Assembly (NCBI GenBank): GCA_003140095.1
Contig: PLIU01000506.1
Location: 848-57,672, forward strand
DNA from: Verrucomicrobiales bacterium
GTDB lineage: Bacteria; Verrucomicrobiota; Verrucomicrobiia; Limisphaerales; Palsa-1400
Length of the DNA stretch: 56,825 nt
Direction of reading: 5' to 3'
Shown here: piece after piece, positions 7,954 through 15,457 of the stretch
How positions within the stretch are numbered: the first letter of the stretch is position 1
How the letters are laid out: each line of letters starts with the position of its first letter
Program-made: the position numbers and the translations under genes
Notes under the pieces: generated by a model
What the model saw: only the letters and a program-made list of their open reading frames with translations
Told to the model about the DNA's origin: nothing
Databases searched by the model: none

Positions 7954-10900
7954 TTACTCAGTCCCCAAACGATAGAAGGTGCTGGGCTGGCCTGGAATGT
8001 TTGTGATAGTCGTCGTGCCAGCCCCCAGGGTCCCGGCCACTGTCACCCAATTGGTCGTCGAGAGGTTGGAGTTTTGCTGGAGAGCGACGTTTGCGGCGCC
8101 GGTCCACGTCAAAACCAGACTTTGGCCGCTCAGTTGGGCTGTTAGCGATCCAAGGTTTCCCGAAGATCTGGACGAAGTCGAATAGAACGCCCAATTATCA
8201 ATGCCCCAGTACCAACTGCCGGTGCCCACTTGGAACATGCGGAACTGGACGGAGGGTTGATTGTCGGCGCCCGGCACGGCAAAGGCCTCGAAGCGCTTGC
8301 TTTCGAAGGCGTCATCATTGACTCGTCCCTCGATGAAAGGAGCCAGGGCTTGAGTGATCGGCGCGCCGACGAAGGCGCCAATCGTACCGCCGATAAGTTT
8401 GCCCAGCGAATTGGTATAATGGGGAGTGATGCCGAAGGACATGGTTGCAGCCACGTCAACATCTCCGTTGGCGTCGTGGACAATCATGGACGGGCCTTGG
8501 GTATCCGATTCTCCCATGAGCAGATAAAGCAGAGGTTGCCAATGCACACCGTCAAAGGTGTATTCCATGCCGTCAATATTGTTCTGGTTCTGTATGTAGG
8601 AGCTGTCAAAGGCAACTACGATTCCTGACTTGCCAGTGAAGTTATATTTTTCGGTGTAAACATACTGGATCTGCTGGCCGTTGCGGTTATCCGATTCGCA
8701 ATAAAGGAACTGCTCATTGAGCAGAGGATTGGTGGCCTCACTGAAGAAGAGTCCGTTGAGTTCCTGGTATAGGCCGACCAGCAAATGATTGGCCCAGTCA
8801 CCCCATTGTCCGTCATTAGTGTTCAGCACCGTCCAGCCCAGGAAAGCATCCGAGTTGTAATCGGTGAAATTAGTGGTGGGAGTAGTCTCCTCGGGTGAGG
8901 TCCAATTGGTTTGGGTCCAGCCGGCCGGCAGTTGTCCATCGGCGAGTTCATTGAAGGTCTCGTAATAGAGGGCGCTATTTGTATCAAAGACGTAGTTGCG
9001 CAACTTGTCGAACTGCCAGGTGTTGCTATAGTTAGTTCCGCCGGCCGCATAGTTTATCAGTCCGGTGTGAACGGTGCGTTTCAACTGCAAGCCCGGCGGC
9101 GTGTAACTCGCCAGCGTGATACCTGAACCGTTGGTGATAGTCGCATTAACCGGGCTGCCGTCGATGCTCACAGCAACCGACGAAGGAGTGACTGCGGCGC
9201 TGGAGCCATCATGGATTTTAATTTGCACCGTAGGCCGTCCCCAGTCGTCGCCGATGTAAGTTGAAAGGAATACGGTCGGCCCGACGTAGCTTACGTAGGG
9301 TCCGTACGACGCGGTGTTGCTCTGATAGGCTGGCACATATCCCGGGGTGGTTGTGTCGTTGACCAATATCTTTTGCCCTGAAGGGGTGACCGAGTAAAAC
9401 TGCAGCCCTGCGCTGCCCTCATTGTCTGGCAGGGTTCCCGTTCGAAACCAAACGATTCTGGTGGCGTAGTAGCCGGTTTGGGCCACGGCAAAACCAAAGA
9501 GTGTGTCCTCGGGAATGTCACGGCTGTCATACAGGCCGACTTGGGTCGAAAACGCGTCATAAGCGTTTGTGCCGATGGTGATGCGGAAGCCGTCAGAGGC
9601 ATTCATGCCGAATTGATGGAAGCCGGCCGTCAAATAAAGGTAGCTCACAATTTCGACGGCCAGATTGGCATCGTCAGTGCCGGTTAAACCTGGGATGGTT
9701 TGCTCCGAATAATTGGTAAAGATATCGCCTTGAGTGCCGGAGAAGCAAAAGTCCACGACACTGCTGACCGGATACGCGCCATCGGGCAGGGGGCCTGGGG
9801 TTGCCGTTTCCACCTGGTTCGAACCGGTCATCGGATCGATCAACAGGCCGGCCAATTGCGCTTCGGCGCGATCGACGCAGGCGGCCAAATAGCCGTAACC
9901 GACGCCGTCCGCGGTCTCAATGGCTTGGTCGGAAATCTGGCTCACCCGCATTTGAAAGCCGGAATTGGCAGCGTTGGTGCTCACCGCGCCGACGGGTTGA
10001 GCGGCTACCGCCGGGAGGTCCGCGTAATTCAACACGGTAAAATTCCAGTTAGTCGTGATGTCATCGGGCGGAGTGTTGTTGTCGCTGAAACTCAGCGTCA
10101 CGGAATGGGTCGAATTGGCGGCCAGCAGGTTGCTCACCACAAAATCGACTTGCGTGACACCGTTGGTTTTGCTGACAGTAGCTGCGACGAGGTTGCTATC
10201 CAGCGTGAGCGTCACGGTGGAGGGAGTAGCCGCGTAATCCGCGTCTGTAATGGTGGCAGCGAGAAGGGGATTACCGGAAGCGCCGACGAAGCCGGGGGTT
10301 GGAATCAGACCGCCGATAGAGGGGGGCAGTTTTGTCACTACTTGGAGAACGTTGGAACCTAGCAGGCCCCCTTGATAAATCGCTTTCACTTCCGAAGCGC
10401 TGAGGACGCGGCCCCAAGCAGCCATGTCGTCCATGAGCAAATTGGTCACCTCGCCGCCACCGCCGTCGTTGTAGGAGCCAGTGCCGTCCTGGCCGATGTT
10501 GACCGCCAAGGGGATGCTTATTGTGTCAATATCGCCCGTGACATTGGCCAGCGAATCGGAGGAGGCGGTAGGCCAATTGGTTCCGTCCTTATAGATGGTG
10601 ACCAGTTCAGCGGCGCCGCGGTCAAAAGTCACGCAGACATGGTGCCAACCTGAGTCTTCGACGTCCGGTGCGTCCTCCGTGCTTTGCTTGTCTCCACTCC
10701 CGTCCGTCACATTGATGCGCATGCCGTCGGGTTCGGTGAAAATTCCCCAGCCCTGGTTGTCGCTGCTATTCCAGTTCTTGTTGGAAATAAAGGGGATATC
10801 GCCCGACTGATTGGTGAAACTGGTCCAGAAGGCAATGCTGAAGCTCTCGGTCGAGTCGAAGAGGAGGTTGGTCGGGTAGCCCAGGGTGACGTAGTCGAAA

Positions 10901-11163
10901 ACTGTCCCGTCCAGGGATGTCGTGCAAGTAACCGCGCCCGCGCCAATGAATCCCTTGGCGATGGATGCACCCATATTGGTGCCGTTGTCCCCATTGCCGG
11001 AGTCGTCCAGGAAAACACCATCGGCATTGGTGGCGTCGAAAGTCAGGTGAAACAACAGGCCATTGGTGAGAGTGCTGCCTTGGCTGAGGCCGCAGCAGCC
11101 GAGAAAGGCCCCGACGAACAGGGCGAGAAACAAACGCGAATGCATCAGGAACTTTGATTTCAT
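7954..11163 (-). CDS. Secreted multidomain protein: LamG-like jelly roll, Ig-like, PA14-like, Ig-like, conserved beta-sandwich domain, C-terminal F[YF]RL module
   Basis: 1069 aa with signal peptide; LamG motifs FSIAFW, GWHHVCVTFDR, MDDMAAWGRVLSASEV; PA14-like GFHQFGMNASDGFRITIG; ends LVLTWTG...LQQNSNLSTTNW...STFYRLGTE. Confidence 0.85.
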   Translation of the reverse strand: MKSKFLMHSRLFLALFVGAFLGCCGLSQGSTLTNGLLFHLTFDATNADGVFLDDSGNGDNGTNMGASIAKGFIGAGAVTCTTSLDGTVFDYVTLGYPTNLLFDSTESFSIAFWTSFTNQSGDIPFISNKNWNSSDNQGWGIFTEPDGMRINVTDGSGDKQSTEDAPDVEDSGWHHVCVTFDRGAAELVTIYKDGTNWPTASSDSLANVTGDIDTISIPLAVNIGQDGTGSYNDGGGGEVTNLLMDDMAAWGRVLSASEVKAIYQGGLLGSNVLQVVTKLPPSIGGLIPTPGFVGASGNPLLAATITDADYAATPSTVTLTLDSNLVAATVSKTNGVTQVDFVVSNLLAANSTHSVTLSFSDNNTPPDDITTNWNFTVLNYADLPAVAAQPVGAVSTNAANSGFQMRVSQISDQAIETADGVGYGYLAACVDRAEAQLAGLLIDPMTGSNQVETATPGPLPDGAYPVSSVVDFCFSGTQGDIFTNYSEQTIPGLTGTDDANLAVEIVSYLYLTAGFHQFGMNASDGFRITIGTNAYDAFSTQVGLYDSRDIPEDTLFGFAVAQTGYYATRIVWFRTGTLPDNEGSAGLQFYSVTPSGQKILVNDTTTPGYVPAYQSNTASYGPYVSYVGPTVFLSTYIGDDWGRPTVQIKIHDGSSAAVTPSSVAVSIDGSPVNATITNGSGITLASYTPPGLQLKRTVHTGLINYAAGGTNYSNTWQFDKLRNYVFDTNSALYYETFNELADGQLPAGWTQTNWTSPEETTPTTNFTDYNSDAFLGWTVLNTNDGQWGDWANHLLVGLYQELNGLFFSEATNPLLNEQFLYCESDNRNGQQIQYVYTEKYNFTGKSGIVVAFDSSYIQNQNNIDGMEYTFDGVHWQPLLYLLMGESDTQGPSMIVHDANGDVDVAATMSFGITPHYTNSLGKLIGGTIGAFVGAPITQALAPFIEGRVNDDAFESKRFEAFAVPGADNQPSVQFRMFQVGTGSWYWGIDNWAFYSTSSRSSGNLGSLTAQLSGQSLVLTWTGAANVALQQNSNLSTTNWVTVAGTLGAGTTTITNIPGQPSTFYRLGTE

Positions 11164-11317
11164 ATTTTATTGCAATTAATTGGTCCGCGCAAACGTCCTA
11201 TCTGCCATTGACTATTCGCAGTCGGGCAGCGGCGAACCATTACAGTTAATCAAGGACAGCGGATTCTTACAGGGTTCGCAAAGAATGTCAACGCTTTTCG
11301 ACTCATTTTCACTCATT

Positions 11318-11361
11318 CCTCACGGTCCCGTCACAGCTTCGTAACATCCAGCAACTAAAGC
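11318..11361 (+). promoter_or_regulatory. Putative Pho-box-like (OmpR/PhoB-type) 11-bp direct repeats
   Basis: CCTCACG-gtcc-CGTCACA-gctt-CGTAACA in 11-bp register (11318, 11329, 11340), with a weak -10 (TAAAGC) at 11356. Confidence 0.35.
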
Positions 11362-11460
11362 GCATGGGAGGGGCAGGGGCGGAAAATTGGCGCTCTTTTG
11401 GCCAAACCGCGGCTCGATTTTGTGGCTTAAATATTTCCTGTTTGTCACCATTTTCTGCTT

Positions 11461-11529
11461 GCGTAGGTCAGCGCAGTACAGTTCACTGTAGGTCAGCACA
11501 GTACATACTGTAGGTCCGAGCAGTACAGT
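11461..11529. promoter_or_regulatory. Three tandem operator-like motifs GTAGGTC-N4-CAGTACA
   Basis: Copies start at 11463, 11488 and 11510; the third forms a perfect ACTGTA-N11-TACAGT dyad (11507-11529). Confidence 0.55.
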
Positions 11530-11638
11530 TTGCTGGCGCTTGTAGCTCATATTTGAAACGTGGCGACCTCGAAGTGCCACGTTTCGTCCTTGTAAAACAT
11601 AAATAAAACAAAAATAAAACACGAACAAGACACGAACC

Positions 11639-14600
11639 ATGAGAAATCGAATAATGATCCAAGCCAAGGCGCTGACTGTGGCGCTCGCCGCGCTTTCGTA
11701 CGGCGCCGCGCTCGCGCAGGTGACCAATACCCTGCCGACGACTTACGTTTACCCATTGAGCGCCGCGAACACCAACCAACCCGGCCTCATTTGGAATGTT
11801 TCCCAAGTAGCTGCCGACCAACTCGGTACCCTCGCCTGGGCCGAGTCCCAGCTTGTCGGGCAGGAAGGCACCAATTTGGCTGATCCCACGGAGATCTACA
11901 GCAGCGCCGCCGGGGACGCGACTGTGCCAAGCAACCCCTTTCTGCCGATCACGTTCATCATCCCGGGTTCTATCAATTTCAGCATTTCAGCCGGTTCCGG
12001 CGCCCCTGACTGCAGCGACAACCGCACTGATCTTCCCTGTGAAGACGGCATGGTCGGCACGCCAGGAAACCCGCCCGATGCCAACGGCGGCACGGACAAT
12101 ATCGCGGCGGAAGCCCTGGCCTACCTCGATCTGCCTGAAGGCCCGGTGACCATGGGCGTCAGGAGCGATGACGGTTTCAAACTCCAAATCGGCGCCGCCA
12201 ATCCAGGCGACCGGTATTCCTCCAACGCAGTGGTTGTCGAGCAGTTCAACGGCACGCGCGGGTATGCCGACAGCATCGTGACGTTTAACGTCGCCGAAGC
12301 GGGCCTATACGCGGCCCGGCTGCTCTACTTTCAGGGCGGCGGCGGCGCCAGCGTGGAGTGGTACACATTTCCTCCCGCCGGAAGCACCAACGCGTTCCTT
12401 GGCGAACTGAACACCGGCACGAACGCGGTGCTGGTCAACGACGTGGCCGACGGCGGCATCCCCGCTTACCGGTCCGTCGCCGTCCCCCCGCTGCCTCAAG
12501 GCTCCTACGTCTCCAGCCTGGTTCCGGCGCCGGGGGAGATTGGAACCGGGATCTTGCCGACAATCACCGCGACCATCGTCAATGGCCTGGCGCCCGTGAC
12601 GAACATCACCTTGACGGTTGACGGAACCACCTTGACTCCCAGCATCGATACGACCACCAACGGCGCGACGATTTCATACACCTACACAAATCTGCTTCTC
12701 AGCGATTCCACTCATACGCTTGTGCTGACTTGGAACGACAGCGGAACCACGCTGGGCGTGACCTCGACCTTCTCCACCGAAGGCTACATTACGCTGGACT
12801 CCTCGCAGATAGTCACGCCGGACACCACAAAGCCCGGCTTCAAGTTTAACATTTTCGGCAATACCCTGGACTACCTGGTGAGCAGCCAGAACGGAATCCA
12901 AGCGGGCGAAAGCGACAATTTGGACAACATTGAATTGGGTCTGAACGGGCTCCTGACGAACGGGATTGGCGGATTCCTGTCCAACATGGTGACCCTCGCC
13001 AACAATGGCCCGGCCATGGCCCCCGCTCCGGCCTTGGGCGGCCCCAGCGCCCCGGCGGAGTTCATCATCACGAACACGATCAACCTCGACAGCGGCAACA
13101 TGCCTGGGTTCCCCGCCCAAGACGCCGGCATTGACCCGAGCCATTCGGAAGTGCTGACCTATGTTTATCTTCCCGTGGGACTGACCACGTTTACCTTGAA
13201 CCTCGATGGCTTTTATCGGGCTTTCATGGGATCTTGGGATTACACCGCTGGAGTTCAGGTCGGGACCATCAATGACGCTGCCGATGGCAACACGTCGTTT
13301 GGCGTCGTGGCGACCACGGCGGGCTACTATCCTCTGCGTCTTACCGTCTTCAACATTGACCTCAGCCCCCAGGAATCGCTCTACAGCATAAGCCCTGGCG
13401 GGAGCAATGTTCTCGTGAACGACACCGCCAACGGAGGTTTGCCCGCTTATTACGCGCTCTCGACCCCGGCCCCGCCGTACGTGCGCTACACCAGCCCTCG
13501 GCCGGTGCCTCGCCAAGTGGAGTATCCGAATAATCGCGTGTTGATTCGCTTGCAAGATCGCGACACTCAGGTGAGCGACAGCACGCCCGCCTTCAACCTC
13601 GACGGCAATAACGTAACCATCACCAACGAGCGGGTTGGCGACGTGCTCGCACTGACCTGGACGGCCACCACGCTGCAAACCCCGGCGGAAATTCACAGCG
13701 GGCTGCTGACCTACAAAGACACGTCCGGTAATTCCCTGTCCAATCAATGGTCGTTCTTAAACCTCAAGGCCGTTTGGCTTCCGACGGCGTCCGCCGGCTA
13801 CTGGCTTCCGACCAACGCGGTGGCGATCGAGACCTTCGAGGAATACACGGACCCGACTGAGTTCACCAACGGCGCTCCAACGAGCGCGATGTTTATTGGC
13901 GCTCCGGCGGGCCAATGGTATATGTCTCCGCAGACGAATAACCCGTTGGTTGACATCGCTCCGGTCTGGACCAACACGCCTACGGGATCCACCAACTGGT
14001 TCGTCTGGAACTGGGACGCTGGCGGCGACGGCACCTGGAACGACACGGATCCGAACAGCGCCGCTTACGCGAACTTCTTGTGCGTCGATCTGAACACGTT
14101 CTCCGGCATCGAGGGCGATACCCTCAACACAGCCCCCTTCGAAATGATCAATGGAATGCCGCTGGTGCAGCTTGTGGCCAACCCGAGCGACAACATCTTC
14201 ATAGCCGAGTCGGACAACCGTGACGGCGACACCATAACCAACGTTCCCGGGCAAAATCCTGGTCAAACTCAGTTTGCCATCAGCACACGCTTTGACCTCA
14301 CCGGCGTGGCGAACCCGGTTATCGCCTGGGCCTCGATCCAAAAACAAAATCAGGATAACATCAATTCGATGGAATACTCGGTAGATGGAGGCATCACTTG
14401 GGCCCCGATCATCTACTACTTGGACGGCCACAAATACGAGGATGCAGGCGATCCGGCGGACATCCAAGTCAACATCGACAACACCGTGAACGTGAACAAA
14501 ACCTTGTTCCACGACACCAATCCGGGCGAAATCCCGCTTTGGACCGATTCCACCGGCGACGTGAACAACACCTACGCCTCCTGCGTTGCCGCGCCGATAA

Positions 14601-15019
14601 GCCAAGCCTTGGCCCCGTTCTTCGCCCCGCGCGTCAACGACGACAAGTTCGACGGCAAACGCATCGAAGTGGTTCGCCTGCCTTTGGCCGCCAACAAGAG
14701 CGACGTTCGGCTGCGCGTGGGGCAAATCGGCTCCTGCAGTTGGTATTTTGGCCTCTCCCAAATCGCCTTCTTCGACGTGCCGCCCTCCGGAGCCATGGTT
14801 CCGACCGGCCTCCCGCCTGCGGCGGGGCCCACGCTCAACATCTCCGCCGCCAGCGGCAAAGTGACCCTCACTTGGACCGGCACGGGCACGCTACAGTCGG
14901 CTACGATCTTGACTGGCAAATCGAGCGATTGGTCCGCCGTAACCCCGGCCCCCACCGGGAACACCTACACGACGCCGATCGCCTCTGGAAACTTGTTCTT
15001 CCGCCTTATGAGCAACTAG
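11639..15019 (+). CDS. Secreted multidomain protein, paralog of 7954-11163: two PA14-like/Ig-like modules, shared beta-sandwich domain, C-terminal F[YF]RL module
   Basis: 1126 aa with signal peptide (ALA-Q); MGVRSDDGFKLQIG; internal repeat VLVND(V/T)A(D/N)GG(I/L)PAY; shares ESDNR, QNQ.NI..MEY, API(S/T)QALAPF...RVNDD.F..KR.E and SWY(F/W)G with the paralog; ends GNLFFRLMSN. Confidence 0.85.
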   Translation: MRNRIMIQAKALTVALAALSYGAALAQVTNTLPTTYVYPLSAANTNQPGLIWNVSQVAADQLGTLAWAESQLVGQEGTNLADPTEIYSSAAGDATVPSNPFLPITFIIPGSINFSISAGSGAPDCSDNRTDLPCEDGMVGTPGNPPDANGGTDNIAAEALAYLDLPEGPVTMGVRSDDGFKLQIGAANPGDRYSSNAVVVEQFNGTRGYADSIVTFNVAEAGLYAARLLYFQGGGGASVEWYTFPPAGSTNAFLGELNTGTNAVLVNDVADGGIPAYRSVAVPPLPQGSYVSSLVPAPGEIGTGILPTITATIVNGLAPVTNITLTVDGTTLTPSIDTTTNGATISYTYTNLLLSDSTHTLVLTWNDSGTTLGVTSTFSTEGYITLDSSQIVTPDTTKPGFKFNIFGNTLDYLVSSQNGIQAGESDNLDNIELGLNGLLTNGIGGFLSNMVTLANNGPAMAPAPALGGPSAPAEFIITNTINLDSGNMPGFPAQDAGIDPSHSEVLTYVYLPVGLTTFTLNLDGFYRAFMGSWDYTAGVQVGTINDAADGNTSFGVVATTAGYYPLRLTVFNIDLSPQESLYSISPGGSNVLVNDTANGGLPAYYALSTPAPPYVRYTSPRPVPRQVEYPNNRVLIRLQDRDTQVSDSTPAFNLDGNNVTITNERVGDVLALTWTATTLQTPAEIHSGLLTYKDTSGNSLSNQWSFLNLKAVWLPTASAGYWLPTNAVAIETFEEYTDPTEFTNGAPTSAMFIGAPAGQWYMSPQTNNPLVDIAPVWTNTPTGSTNWFVWNWDAGGDGTWNDTDPNSAAYANFLCVDLNTFSGIEGDTLNTAPFEMINGMPLVQLVANPSDNIFIAESDNRDGDTITNVPGQNPGQTQFAISTRFDLTGVANPVIAWASIQKQNQDNINSMEYSVDGGITWAPIIYYLDGHKYEDAGDPADIQVNIDNTVNVNKTLFHDTNPGEIPLWTDSTGDVNNTYASCVAAPISQALAPFFAPRVNDDKFDGKRIEVVRLPLAANKSDVRLRVGQIGSCSWYFGLSQIAFFDVPPSGAMVPTGLPPAAGPTLNISAASGKVTLTWTGTGTLQSATILTGKSSDWSAVTPAPTGNTYTTPIASGNLFFRLMSN

Positions 15020-15045
15020 CAATCGGAATTCGCTTCGCGAATCGC

Positions 15046-15074
15046 TCCCGCCGGAGCATTAAGCTCCGGCGGGA
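15046..15074 (+). terminator. Strong hairpin after the secreted-protein gene (terminator or RNA stabiliser)
   Basis: Perfect 12-bp stem TCCCGCCGGAGC-attaa-GCTCCGGCGGGA starting 27 bp after the stop; no U-tract. Confidence 0.5.
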
Positions 15075-15121
15075 TACGGAATGAAGGGACATCTTAGAGC
15101 GTGTCTGAGAATTCGTGCCGA

Positions 15122-15145
15122 GCGCCGCGTGAGGGCACGCGGCGC
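15122..15145 (-). repeat. REP-like palindrome, same family as the copies at 21966 and 22678
   Basis: GCCGCGTG-aggg-CACGCGGC is the reverse complement of GCCGCGTG-ccct-CACGCGGC. Confidence 0.7.
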
Positions 15146-15227
15146 CCGGAAGGGCCAAGGAACAGTCAAAGGTGTCACCCACGGAAACCAAAAACGGCCA
15201 AAATGACGAGGGATACTTGTGGGAGTT

Positions 15228-15321
15228 GAATCAGCCGTCCCTTCGGGACTGGCGGGCTGCTGCGTTGGACCCGGCGTTGAATTGAATCGCCGGGCTATTC
15301 TCATGATGTCCCTTCGGGACA
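15228..15321 (+). repeat. Composite REP-like element with three hairpins (CGTC-type)
   Basis: GTCCCTTCGGGAC occurs twice (15237-15249, 15308-15320), flanking a CCCGGCG...CGCCGGG stem (15270-15294). Confidence 0.65.
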
Positions 15322-15457
15322 GAAGGATCGAACGATCGCTGAGGTTTTTGACATTGTAGGAGCCAGCCTAACTAACTAACGACCATGAGTGCGCAAACAA
15401 CAATGCAAATTGGCAAAACCCACTTTTATGTCATCTACCCAGCCTGGAACAATGCCC

